Assembly: GCA_050273025.1 (NCBI GenBank)
Contig: CP158636.1
Span: 9,300,001-9,364,000, forward strand
DNA length: 64,000 nucleotides
DNA from: Cenococcum geophilum
Taxonomy: Eukaryota
Direction: 5' to 3'
Under the pieces are notes generated by a model. It did not search any database. It was not told the DNA's origin and worked only from the letters and a program-made list of their open reading frames with translations. A program made the position numbers and the translations under genes. This document shows, piece by piece, positions 38,480-51,600 of the stretch (positions within the stretch are counted from its first letter, which is position 1; each line of letters opens with the position of its first letter).

Positions 38480-39419
38480 CATATGCTATTTCGTCTGCGA
38501 CGTGTCTTACAGCCTATATATCAATCGCCGGTTTATATTATTTGTGTAGTATATGAGATGGGTGCTATAGGGTATATAGCAGCGAAATGAGGTATATTGT
38601 CTGCGTGTGTACCTTAGCTATAACCGTATATGTTAATGTTGGAGATTAATATAAACGTTTTCTATCTGGCTTCTTATCTCCCTATTAACCCTTTAAAAGC
38701 CTAATCTCTTTAATAAAGTCTGGTATAAATAAGCCTCCTTAAGTAAGAAGACTTGGAAGTGGGGGCGCTGCTAGTATTAATATATAAACTACTTAGAAAA
38801 CTAAAATAACCTTTTTAAGCGACGCCCCTTTACTCTTACGTCTTGCAGAGCCTATAATATATAGGTTACCGGTCTATATCTCTTATAGGATTATATTACT
38901 TAGTTAATGCCTAGGGTTAATTAGTTAATTCGCTTACTTCCTCCCTAAATACTATATTTAATAAAGCTAAAACCTAAGTTAGTATAAGTGTTCTAACTAT
39001 AATATAATAAAACTAACAATAGGCTTTCCTAACGGCTTATACTATACGCTAATTAAGGACTTTAGTAGCTACCTAGGGTATACTCTTAGCCGCTAGCAGC
39101 TTGTTTAAACGCTCTAAAAGCTCCTTCTATTTGTCTATAGGAATCTTAAACTAAATAGAGCGTATTAGATATAATAAGCGAAGTCGTTTAGCTTCTTCCT
39201 ATATAAGTATCTGCTGATCTTTATTACTAAGAGTTAAGGCTATACTTATATCCCTACTTACTAAGAACCGCTTCTATTAAGTTTTAAAATATCCGGCAAC
39301 AGCCTATATATTACTAGCTTTGGACCTAGCGGTGAGACTTATTATACGTGGTAGCGTTAAAATAAGAAGTTAGTATTACTGCGCGGAGTACCGTTTGCTA
39401 GGGTGGGGCTATTAACCGC

Positions 39420-39505
39420 GTTAACTTTGTTAACCCTATTAACCCTATTAACTATATTAACTATATTAACTATATTAACTATATTAACTATATTAACCTA
39501 ATTAA
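39420..39505. repeat. 9-bp tandem repeat (TTAACTATA)n inside a minus-strand orphan ORF remnant
   Basis: Visible period-9 array. The nearby minus frame reads DQQILIQEEAKRLR..LLERLNKLLAAEGMPQVAAEVLDWRMAQAVRKA. Confidence 0.8.
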
Positions 39506-40539
39506 CCGCTAGCGATATAAAACCGGCTAATGCCACCAGTCTGCGCTTTTGCCTTCTCCTAATATAGCTAATAAAGTTATAGATATAACAATGGGTCGGT
39601 TTGTATAACAATACTATATTAGTGCCTCTCTAGGTGCGCTAACCCCGCGTTTGCCTCTATTTATTGGTTCTCTTTACGTTCTAATAGGCTTATCCTATAG
39701 GTAGCTCTATATTGCTCTCTTTGTTATAAGCCTATAATAATTACCCTGTTTTATTATAAGATACTGGCCTTCTTGGCATCGCGTCCCTAAAGAGTTAAAT
39801 TAATTACTTAAACTGGATAGATGGGAGATTTCTAGGATAAGTTAATGCGAGCCTTAATTAAGGTTCTATACCCTAAAAGCCTTTCCTACTGGGAACTAAT
39901 TGGATTCTTCCCTATATTCCTTAGAGAATTGACTTAATCCTAAATCTAAGTAGGTGCTTTAATATTACTTTGCTAATAGCTAACTATATTAAGCCTAGGT
40001 TCCGTTTACTATTGCGAAATTTAGGGCTTACTGGCGGAGTTATAAGGCCTATGGGCTAACCAGGCTGAAATGTAGTTACTTTTTTTCCTTTACTGTAATG
40101 CACGCTCCTCTACCTATAGCCGCCGTATACGTTTATATAGTGTTTATTTATTGTCTTGTAATTTTCCGTACTTTTACTAAATATAGATAGTGGGGTTTTT
40201 CTAGTTATGTAACTGGCTTTATTTGGGTAGAGAGGTAGCGGAAAATGCTTGGCATGTATATAAGCTAAATGTCGACTTAAAACTTTAGAAGTTATATTAG
40301 TCCTTAGTTAAGCGACTAATATTTAAAGCTCTAACTAATTAACTAAATTTGTCGCAGATTAGATAAAGCTAATAACGACTTTTTAATGTATATATAGAGG
40401 CTCTAGAGCTATGTTTAATAAAGCAGAGTTTTTGTTTTTAATCGTCCTGTTTAATACCAAATTATACCCTTAAATATTGCTTAAGACGTAGTTAAAACTA
40501 GAATTAGGAAAGAAAACTAACAAAATATATTATTTAAAA

Positions 40540-41634
40540 ATGTTCTACTTAGCTTAGCGTAGCTTATAAATAGCGAGAAATATAGCGACTTAAAACTTAT
40601 ATACTAGGGGCTAGAGTTTAAAGTTTATAAAGTGATTATATACACCCAATCTCTTATACTTATAGCTGTATATAATAGAGGCTTTTAGGTAAAAGCTAAC
40701 TAAATATTTAGTGGAATTAACCCTAACCAGGAACTAACTAATGGGTAGGAGGCGGCGATTAATATTATAAATATTAACGAGTTTGATTTTGGCACCGTTA
40801 AGAGAATAATCTAATTTATGTATAAGAGGGACTATAATAATAGTAAGGAGGAGCGAGGATCTAATATTGTAAGTGTGGAAAAGCTTAGCTAAGGTAAGGG
40901 ATATATTTGTACGCTAATCTAATTTATCTATATTTAAGCTTTAATCTATAGAATTAGAGGTAGCGTAACTTAACAACGCTAATGCCTTATTGCCATCTAA
41001 ACTAGATAGTAGTGGTGGTGATGATGGAGATATAACGATATAGCTGACAACGGCCTATATTATACTTCGCCACGTCTATATTAATATAATTGCCGATTAT
41101 TATAATATACTATAGCTAAAAGAGCTTGCGAATATAAAAATCTAACGTATTCTAGGAACTAGCTAGTCTATAAACGGGTTTCCTAATATTGTTAAGGATG
41201 TCTTTAGCCTAATAGGCGACTTAGCATTGTATAATATAATTACCTTAATAGCGGCCGAGTATATTAAAGAGCTTATTAAACTTGAGGACTTTATAGGGCT
41301 AGATGTTATGAGCGATTTCGCTATTGGTATTATACAGACGGTGGTTACCGCATTTAAGGATATAGAGGAAAATTTTATATAGAAACTTTAAGCTATTTAA
41401 TCTTAGCTATAACAAATAAAATTACTGCTTTAATCCGCTGAGGTGAGGTACGCTACGGCTGAGCGTAAAAGCGAAAACATTAATAACTGTCTTAATACCC
41501 TCTGCACGACTAGGACCTATTATAATATTGGTTGTAAAGCCGAGTTTATATATTATATTAAGGATAGCAGTTATTTATCTAACCCTAATTACCCTTATAT
41601 ACTTTGTTATAAAAGGTGCGAGCGTTATATATAA
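40540..41634 (+). pseudogene. BTB/POZ-domain protein (Starship cargo, convergent with captain), RIP'd
   Basis: De-RIP: SEKYSDLKLICQGLEFKVHKVIVCTQSPVLAAACDGGFQ, intron, EA..NIINIDEFDFGTVKRMIQFMY..DYD, then HV.VNAIADYYDVPQLKELANTKI and a Cys-rich C-terminus (ORF 41443-41634). Confidence 0.88.
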
Positions 41635-42007
41635 GTAAAGATGTATAGCTTAGGAGATCGGCTTAGGTAGGAAGTTATTATATAATACTTCTTTTTCTTT
41701 CTCTATTTGGGTTAATCTAAGAAATTTAAATGTATATCTCGTCTATAGTTGGTCCGTTAGATATTATATAGCAACTATATTATCCATCTCCTATTAGCCT
41801 CCCCTTACCTTACCCTTTACCCTACTATTTATCTCATCCTTTATCTTACCCTTACCCTCACCTTACCTATTACCCCTTGCCCCCCTAGATGAATTATAAA
41901 ATCCCAGTCATTATATCTATTCTACTAAATACTAGAATAGGATTGGATGATAATAGACTAAAATAAAATAAAAAGTGGTAAAGAATAATAAGATAAACGT
42001 GAAATAA

Positions 42008-44471
42008 CTAGGAAAAGGTCCTATATATACTAAGCGTATAGTTCTAAAGATGCATTTTATGCTTAAGGGTTACTTTGTAAACGTTATATTTGATCTTACC
42101 CTACTATAGGAGTTTAGAGAGATACGCTTATTAAAAATGCTTTATAAGAGCAGTTGGAGTGTAAAACCTATATATACGCTTACTAATTGGTAGCTTTTGG
42201 TTCCTAAGGCAGATAAAGTATATCTTTGGTCTTTTCTCCTTATATAAGGATAACTTTACACTCTCTAGCGCTTTAGCCGCTTCTAAAATCTTGGCATCTT
42301 CTTTAATCTTAACTTGGCTAAGGGTAATACCTACCCTAAACTATCTCTGGCGATAACTTAGCTAATGCGCTCTGCCTTTCTTAACATTATAGTAATCTAT
42401 GACTGTATTAATGGCATTATTGCGTCTGCGTATCTTATCTTCTAGTAACGTGCTAGATAGCGTTATAATTACTTTAATAAGGCGTTTATATTTAGCTGAT
42501 TTATTATTATTAGATTCTAAGGTTGCTTTAATATCCTCGCTAAATATAACTCTGGAAAGTTGCCGCTTAATATTAATTACAGCTTATTTGTTGTCCTAAT
42601 TCTTCTTAATATTTTCTAATAGCGCATTTCTCTAACGTTGCCTTTTATTTGTGATTTCTCGGCTAAGCTTTTGGTATTCTGTGCTTTTTACGGTTTTGCG
42701 CTTAAGGCTAAGCTTTAGCTTATTTCGAACTTTAATTAAGGAACGAATACGCGGGTTCTTATTTACCGATAAGGATTGTTCTATTATTAGGTGCTATGGC
42801 CGCCGCAGGTTAATTAATTGGCTTATTCGGTATATTGCTTTTATTAACTTTTCTTAAGGCTCTAAGCCTTAAACGATTGCTTATGTATCTACGTTAATAC
42901 GCCGCGAAAGGTAGTGCTTTAGGAACGTTTAAGTGTTGGCGTACTGCATTATTAGGTTTTAGAGGGTATTAGTTACGTTACCTAAGTAGTAAAGATGTTA
43001 GAAATGTCTTAGTAGAACCGGCTCTATATAATAGAACTTACTATTTTTATTAAATGCCTTGCCTGCGCTATAATAGAGACTATATGGGCGCGCAACCTGC
43101 CGAAATCCCGTAATTATGCTAAGGTCCTTAATCTATAGTAAAAGAGTTAAGTACTATAAAGGTTAGTTGGGTGAGACCTTATAGCTATAAAAAGCTTTAA
43201 TTAATTGCCGAAATATGGGGATATTATCTAGGTCTGGATAGAGTGGTAGCGGCAACTAGTTACGCCTAGGCTTGATATATAGTTTAGTAAGCTATCCCGT
43301 AGACGTTAGGTTAGGGGCTCTAAAAGCTTAGTTAGTAAAGAGGAGGCCTAAGAGAAAGATGTAAGGGCTAAGAATAAGTAAAGGGTTAAAGATAATCTTA
43401 GGAATTAGGAAAGTATTACTAGTTCTCTATAAGCATAAGGTAAGAGGAATAGGGTAGAAAGATAATATACGCTTCCTTTATACTAAGATATTCCTTAGTA
43501 AATTTAAATATAAACTTAAGCACGATGTTATAGGGACCGCCCTTTGGGTCCTAAATAAGTGTAACTATTATATATTGGTAGCATAGGTTTAAAAGAGCTT
43601 TAGGTTGGCTTATAGTGTAAAGACCTAGTTATATTAAGAAATATATTTATATCCGATGTCGTCTAACTATATATCGCTTCCTTGTTGTAACTAAGTTAGT
43701 CTTAAGGACTAGGGCGAGATCCTTTACGTCTATAATAGTTTTTTCTTACTTTTTCTTACTTAGACTATATTTCTCTGCCAGTTTCTAAAGTACCTAAGAA
43801 AGATATCTTAGCTCTGCCTTACCTTACTAGGTTAAAGGATTAACTAGGAATGTAATTACCTTGTGCATCTAGCGGTTTAGTTCGCTAGCAATTTTCCCTC
43901 TAGTCGCTCTCTTATATATAAGGCGATAGTACTTCTAGTATAGGCCAAGTAAGCTAGAAACCTTTATCCCGTACTATTTCCTACTACCTTTCCCTTATTT
44001 CTAGTTTAGGGACTAGTTAAAGAAGCTATAAAGGAGCTAAAGTAAGAGGACTTGGTACATTTTCTTAGGGTTTTTCCCTATATAGGTGCAGTATTTAGAA
44101 ATTGTTAGCTCTCTGCCAAATTAGGCCTAAAAGAAAGCCGCTAAATAGGTTATTACTTACTAATCCTAGTGTTCTTTAATGCGGTTAAGGAGAGCTATAG
44201 TGGTATCGGCGTAGTCCTGCGTCGTAAAATTAGATTCCTTAAACTCTTTTAACTGTTTAAGGTAATATTCTAGTGGATAGTCTTAATCCTTATAAAGCTA
44301 TGCTTAAGCGGACGCTTCGCAAGCATTTTTAGATTTAGTAGTACTATTAGTATTACTATTAAGGACGGTCGGTTCTATCTAGTAGCTGTTACCGTCGCTG
44401 TCTATATCCATATACTTATTATCGGTAACGCTAAATAATAAGCTGTAATTTAATAATTAAGCGCGCCGCAT
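42008..44471 (-). pseudogene. Starship captain: DUF3435 tyrosine recombinase, RIP'd
   Basis: De-RIP: HPLEYYLKQLEEFDESDF..QDYADTT..LLDRIEEHW; FFDWSLNQKRGKGGRK..SSLGLYWKYYRLVYERATG; catalytic region ITGFRQVARPYSLRYGAGKAFD..DALQNLMMQHANTRTFLKHYLSR; C-terminal RPKICFICLGN..CNVCKVTLEHKMHLQNHALSVHGT. It lies ~360 bp inside the element end and points inward. Confidence 0.95.
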
Positions 44472-44836
44472 TTTAGGGAGCTAGAAAAGAACTTAGGGTA
44501 GTAACAGCGGAAAGGATATAAAGAGTAATATAGGGTTAAGGAGATGGGAGGGTAAAGAATAAGAGAAACGGGGCCTAGGTTAAACGGATTAGAGGTAGGA
44601 GCTATAGAGTATATATAGGTTTAGCGCTAGGCGCGTGGAAGGGTCATACTTCTAAATAAACTGGTCTGCCCGTAAAAAACGGGGCATAGGCTAGGTAAGC
44701 GAGAGGCTTAACGTTAGACCGGCAAGCAAGAGGCTTAGGGCGGCGGGGAGTTTTGGCGACGCGACCTCCAAAAACGGCGACAGAACCCTCTAAAACCGGC
44801 AGTTAGATCTCCATTTTCTTTTTTAATGGAGTAAAA

Positions 44837-45658
44837 GTAACGGGCTTAATCCGGGGCCTATTCCTAGCTTCCTACCTATACTTACCGCGGTAGAGGAGTT
44901 TCTAATTACGCGCGTATACGTTTATCTATAAGTCGTACGTATACGCGGCTAGCAATATCGCTATACTAGCTATGTTTATTACTTTAGCTAAAACACACTA
45001 AAGACTTAGAGGCAGCTACTACGGCTACCTACTAAACTTAAGATACTGGTCGTAAGGCCTATAGTAGTAGATAGTGGCGAATACTTAGGTTAGTGGTTTA
45101 CTAAGTAGTATACTATAAGGCGCTCTACTATAGTATAGTGGTTTTACTTTCTAAAAGTTAATTATTCTAATTATCGCGATGTTAAAATATGTAGCACTTA
45201 GCTTACCAGCTTACCTAAAAATAGCTCTATATTAGATTAGCTACCTTATATTAATAAATTAAAGTCTAATTCTAGTGGCCTAACGGCTTACCCTATTACT
45301 CCTATATAACGTCCTCCTGCTATTAATCCTCTACTTACTAAGCTTAGCAGTAATCTACTAGATGGTAAATTTAATAATAATATACTAGATACTTTAGTTC
45401 CTAATCTAGTGCCTAACCTTAATAAATTAGAGCTTTTAGGTTATAAGGTTTAATATTAATAAGACCTATAAGCAGGCCTAGAGGTTCCTACTATATAATA
45501 GATACCTCTCTTTAAGCAATTAGCTAGTTTTATTATACGCGGCGCCTTTTCTACTCTGTTTCCTTATAGTAAAGCCAATTTTAACATACTATAAAGCTGT
45601 ATAGTTACCCTAGCTGCGTACGCTAAGTATATGCTTAAGTATTAGAACGGTCGGTTTA
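44837..45658 (+). pseudogene. Helitron ORF segment 2 (DUF6570-like region)
   Basis: De-RIP: SNGLDPGPIPSFLPILTAVEEFLIARVHVYLQVVRVRGQQYRYTGHVCCFSQN..LPRLPTELEILVVRP..LPENGSV..AFSTLFPHGKADFN..KHMLKYQNGRF. Confidence 0.88.
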
Positions 45659-48600
45659 TGTTACAGTGCTATAATAAAGTAGACTAAATAACTACGTTAT
45701 GGTATAAAGAGGGGAAGAAGGTAGAAAGGGGGTATTATATATAAATAGTAGGGCCGGCCGCTAAGTCACTAGTAGTGAGCTAGCTAATAGTAGGAAATAG
45801 TACGAGATAGTATAAAACAGTATGCGTTAGGTTAGTGCCGTAACAGTACTTCTCTCCCCTAGATGGTTTAGTCCCTAAACTAAATAGATAACTTAAAAAT
45901 AGGTAGTGTATAGGGTTGCCTATTTTTTACCGTAAAGATATTAGTTCCGCTTACCGCCCTTAACTAAGCTAATGGCGATTTTCTATGCCGGGCATGGAAA
46001 ATCCTAATTAGTTAGTTTAGTGAGTAGGGTTGGTAGAACTCTATACCGCCACCTAAATTAATCCGCATGGCGTTTTTTAGCAAGAATTTAGCTAATTAGA
46101 TAACTTTAACCGCCGGTTAAAGTTTTATAATATTTTAACTACCACAAATTTTAATACGGTGGTTAGCCGTGACCTTAGCGTGACTTTTCCTTATCTTATA
46201 CCTAGTTTGGGGGTCCTAGCTTTTTAGGGTATTGCTTATAGAAGCGCTATATAGCTTATTTATAACCCTTTAGGTCTTCCTCTAGCTGCTAGGTTATATT
46301 CTTATAATATTTCCATTTAATCTTATAAGTTAGGCCCTAGGGGTCTTCGTTATATATATTAAGGATTTTCTTAAACTCCTATTTATCTTCTATATTGCCG
46401 TTATTATTTCTCTCTACTACTTATCCTTGTATATTACAGCGCTCTATAGTATTAATATTTGCTTAGCTAGGGATCTCTTTAGCAGCCTAAAGGCGGACCT
46501 TAAATATATAAAAGGATTTATTTACTTAAATGTAGTCTAGGAGGTCTATTATAACTGCCCTTTAGTATACTGCGAGTATGGGGTACAGGCCGTCCTATTT
46601 GTCGTCCTATTTCTTTTTAGGTTTGTTTATCTTTATATTTTTTAAGCTAACTATAACTATATCGCCTTTATAGAATAACGCGCTCTTATCCCTATAGGTA
46701 TTAGTATTATCTTTATAGCGTTGCTATAAAATCTAGGCTAGGGCCTTAAGCTATATTAATATCTGCTTAAAGTGGTTGGCCATAGAGTCTACGTAAAAGA
46801 ACTCCTTCTTTGCTTATACTGATAGTGTTAGTAGGTAGGGGCTAGTAGGCTTAATTCTAAGGCGAGGGTTAAAGCTATAGTTTATAAAAAACGGGGAGAT
46901 GCTTATGCTTTTATTAACTTGGTTATTTATAGCAAACTTAGTAAGTAGTAGGTAGTTAACCTAGTTATTCTATATAAAGCTAACAAAAGTATAGAGGTAT
47001 TTATTTATGGCAGCGTTAATAATTTTAGTTTAGCTGTTTATTTTTAGGTGCTAGGCTAAGCTTAGTCGCAAGGTTGTCTTAAGGCGTTTACTTAGTTATT
47101 GCTAGAAGTCGCTAATAAATTATATGCCGTAATTAGAGATAATTATACTTAGTATACTGTGGAGCTTATATACATTATTAACAAAGCTATTAACTAGCTC
47201 CTCTATTAAGAGTCCTATTACTAAAATAAGGTGTTATATTTTAGTTAGGCGGTCCATAATAATAAGGATATATTTATATACCTTACCGTAGCGTTGGTAT
47301 ATTAGTAGTGTTATAATATAGTTAATTAAGATATTAGTCTATGGGTAGGTAGGTAATTTTAGTAGCTTTAAGAAACCGGGCGGGGTAAAACAGAAGGTTT
47401 TAGTGCAAAAGTATAGGGTATAGTCTTTAACGAAGGTAGCTATAAACTAGGAGATTTCTAGCTACTAGTATATTTAGTTTAAAAGGTTAAGAGTCTTAAC
47501 CTAGCTAGGATAACTAGCGGGGCCGCTACTATAAGAGTGATAGATAACTTCTAGGCGGAGGTCTAGGGTATTAGGGATAAAGAGATATTAGCGGAAGTAG
47601 ATCTATTCGTTAATAATACTATATTCTGACTTATTGTAATAAAGTAATTTCCTAATCTTCTTTAGCTAATAGTGAGCTTTCTAATTATATAGGGCCGCTA
47701 TTATATCTCTTGCGAGTTTATTCTCCTAGTATTTTAGCCAAATTAACTTATTTAGTGACTTTTTAGCTATTTTAGGGTTTAGAGCGGCTACAAACTCTGC
47801 GTTGTTATAATTACGGGACTTATATAGTAATTCTTCTAAGATTATAGGGTTAACTTTCTAGGGTGGTATAATAACTTAGGCTTAGTGGCGGAGGCGTTTA
47901 TTATTAGCGTTCTTAGGCCTTATTTCTAGTAGCTAGCTTAGGGCGTTAGGGAGCGTAGCTTTGCTACTAGGTCTGTATATAATTATAAAGTTAAACTATA
48001 AAAGGAACTTTGCCTACTAGACTTAATACTAATTTAGCTGCTTAGTAGTTATAAACGTCTATAGGTTCTTATAGTCGGTAATGATTTTAAATAGCTCCTT
48101 AGTCCCTTATAGCTTAGGACGCTATTCCTTTAAAGCTTTAAAAATAGCTAAGAGTTCTTTATTATAGATTTTATAGTTATACTCTAGCGTAGAGTGCTTT
48201 ATAGAGAAGAATATAACCAGTTTTAATTTTCCGTTATTATTATACTGGGAAAGGACTCCGCTAGAAGCCTAATTTAATATATCTGTTTCTACCACTGTTT
48301 TCTTTATATAGTTATAGTATGCTAATACTAGTGCTAAAGTAAAGGCTCCTTTAAGGGCCTTAAACAATTTAGCTTATTTTAGTCCCTATAGCCATCTAAT
48401 ATCCTTCTTTAGGAGTTTTATTATAGGTATAGCGATAGTAAAGTAGCCTTAAATAAATTGTTAGTAGAAGTTCGCGAAGCTGAGAAATTGTTATAGTTCT
48501 TTAATTAATGTTGGGTTCTTTTATTTCTATAGGGCCTGTACCTTCTTAGGGTCTATAGTTATGCTATTAGTTAAGATAATTAAGCTAAGGTATTTTGTTT

Positions 48601-51600
48601 TAGTAGAGTAAAACTTAGACTTATTAATATTAATCTAAAGTCCAGCATTACCAAGTCTTTAGATGACTTTATTTATATACTTAGTATACTTAGCGCGTGT
48701 TTTAGAAAAGATAAGGACGTTATTAAGGTAGGTAGTGTAGTAGTTATTAAGGGCGTTATATAGAATATAGTTAATATAGTTCTAGAACGTAGCGGGTGCG
48801 TTATAGAGGCTAAATAGTGTAACTAGTATTTTATAGAGTCCAAACCGGGTAATAAATGCTATAAGCTACTTATAGCCCTTTATAATCCGGATCTAGTTAA
48901 ATATAGTAATTATATTAAGTTTAGTAAAGTACTTAGTACTATAAAGTGCGTTAAGTGTCTTATAAATTAGTGGCAGTGGGTACTAATTTTTAATAGTAAC
49001 TGTGTTTAGGCCTTAGTAGTTATAGTAGATTTATATACCACCGCTAGGCTTAGCAGCGAGGAGGAGTAGTATAGTAGCTAGTAAGGTTAATTTGCGGATA
49101 AAACCCTTATCCAGTATCTTATTAATCTACTTCTTTATATACCTAAGTTTAGTAGGTAAGAGTGGTCTGTTTTTATAATACGGGGCCTAGTTTCTAGAGG
49201 TGATCTTAATTTTATGGTCCTATGGTTAGTAAGGGGGCAGCTTATCTATATTTTTAGGGAGAAAGTACTTAATATATTTATAAAACTCCTTTAGTAGGCG
49301 TTATAGAATATCTTCGCGGGTTAATCCTGGTTTGCCTTTTAGGAAATTTTTAATATTAGTGTTAATTATCTTCCAACGTAAAAGCTCGGGTTTAGTTTTT
49401 AGATTTGTCTTAAGGAAGTTATAAAAATAGGGGGGGAGCACTTTACGGGCTTTCTTTATTGTATAGTCGCCTTCTACTAGCTAACAGAAAGACCTTTTTA
49501 ATAGGTTTAGTACTTCTATTAGGCCTATAGGCAGCTCTCTAAGTAGCTATCAATGCTTATCTTATTTAACTAGTTCTACTAGCTCCGCTATATAAATCCT
49601 TATTACCTTTATATCTTTTTGTTTATAGAACTGAGTGAAATTAATAGCATAAGTGTATTTAATATTGTCTAGGTTAGGGCGTATCTGGTTCTCTGGTGCT
49701 ATAGCTAGGCTAGTATAACTTAGTTAGCCTAGGGGGGCGGAAACAAGGTGGCGGCCCTATATAGTACGCGCGGGAGATAGGTGTAAGGTTAGGTGTTATA
49801 GTGGCGCGGTTTCTATTATCCGGGTCTTAGTAGTTTTATAGCTAGTCCTTACTATAACGCGAGCTATAGTGTGCGTATATAGCATATAGCTTGGTTCTGG
49901 GTATTAGGCTAGGCGGCTGGGGTTTAAATGGTGCCTGGGTTAGGGTTGGATTCTTAGTAGTAGCGGCGTGAAATAGACCTTCTTCCTTGGTCTTAGTAGG
50001 GCTGGCTAGCCTATCTTTTTGGTCTTAAGTGCTGGGGTAGTCTAGTCTTCCACTGTCTTGTTTCTTTGCAGCTATATAGGCTCCCCTTTATTAGGAATGT
50101 CTTCTACTATTAGGGCTTTGTATATAGTCCTAGGCACTAGGCTTAGTAGTGCTGAGCATTTACGTAGGGCGTCCCTATTACCGTTAGTTATTCCCTACGG
50201 GAGGTAGTGCCTAGAGTAGTAGTCTGAGTTAAAGTGGATTTTGAGTTTCCTAAAGCTGGGACGGGGCTTGTGCTTCTAAAGCTAGGGTATACCTAGGATA
50301 ATTGGGGTAGTGGGCGAGAGTTTAGTAATAAAAAAGAGTATGACTTTAGTATAAAGGCCGATTAATATTTGGGTGGTAAAGTAGTCCGTAATGAGCGAAG
50401 ATAGGATATTATTTACGAGGCGCAGTGGCCTAGATGCCAGTAGCTTCTTAGTTATAACGTTATACTTTCTTATAATAGACTCTACGTTAGTAAATGCTAT
50501 TGTAGTACTACCGGAGTCTACTAGGCTTACTATATTAATATAAACTTAGGGGTATAGGTTACGTAATAAGGAGAGTTGGGTTTAAATAAGGATTAATTTC
50601 TTGTTACTATTTACTAATTTAAGATTAAGTAGCGGCTTACTAATAGAAAGGATTAATTAATCTAGTAATAGGGACCTAATCTTCTTGTTTTCCTCCTTAT
50701 ATGGTTTAGACCCTTAGATATAACTTAGTTTAAGGGTTTACCTTTTAATAACTAGGGTATGGGGCTGTCTTAGCGGGGCGGTCTAGTGTTTATTTGGCTA
50801 GCGGTGTCGGTTTTAGTCTTGGTTAGGGTATAGGAAGATAATACCTTGCTAATAACGTAGCTGTGTTTATATTTGCTAGCGCGGAGTCGCTAATACTAGG
50901 CGTTGTTAACGGGTTAAGCTCCTATATAGGGTATAGTTTAAAGTAACTAAGCCGTAGGGTTAAAGGGGGGGGGGTTGTCCGCCGCAGCTATAATAGGCTT
51001 TATAGTCGCCGCGTTTATAATAGACTCTATAGTTGCCGCGTCCGCGGTTATTAGTTTGCGTTATTTAATGGGGTAGTATTAGGACTGGGTTTGCTATCTT
51101 AGTAGGGTTATAGGCGTTCTTTTAGTGGCCGGGTAGGCTATAGGTAAGGTATAGTCTATTATTAACGCGGCGCTTACGCTTTATATCTAAGATTTTATTA
51201 AGGTCTATAGGTTTTCTAGTTACTGCTAGGGTTAGGGTTAATATAGGGGCAGGGGCTTGGGTAGGTAGGCGGTAGTTAGCGTTCTTCTTAAGGTTGGCTT
51301 AGTGTATATAGTTTATAAGGTTCTTAGCAAATATATCTATCTGCTTACTCTAACCTATATAGTCGCTGTTATTGATTTTATAGGTAAGTCTAAGTACTAG
51401 CTCTTCTATCTTTAAAGAGATAAACTTTTAGAGTAGGTCTACCTTCTATTTATCTGTCTTTTTAGCGCGGACTATTAGCTTATTAAGCTCTCCCTTCTAG
51501 GACTAGTAATTACGCTCGCCCTAGGGGAAATAGTTAAGCTTGTTTTTTATAACCTAGGTTATATTAAGGACCTTATAGTAGGCAGTAAGGTCTTTAAGTA

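Larger units (their letters stand above)
11205..44836 (-). mobile_element. Starship giant transposon (~33.6 kb), complete, RIP-inactivated
   Basis: The first gene on the minus strand is a DUF3435 captain. Direct repeat AGTAAAA (TTTTACT, containing TTAC) at 11205-11211 and 44830-44836. Asymmetric imperfect TIRs: AAAAAATAAGATGGAGACC (left) vs AAAAAAGAAAATGGAGATC (reverse complement of right). Removing the element restores the Helitron reading frame FSK|SNGLDPG. Confidence 0.92.

Noticed and set aside
42399..42857. Plus-strand ORFs 42399-42599 and 42651-42857
   Set aside because: Antisense to the captain; I/L-rich artefacts of RIP'd DNA.
45963..46038. Hammerhead ribozyme in the shared retroelement hairpin
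   Set aside because: CTAATTAG cannot be reverted by RIP rules to CTGANGA, and no GAAA follows the stem.
43300..51300. Scattered TTAGGG/CCCTAA hexamers as telomeric repeats
   Set aside because: Isolated or double copies expected from RIP of TCAGGG/TTGGGG; no tandem telomere tract.
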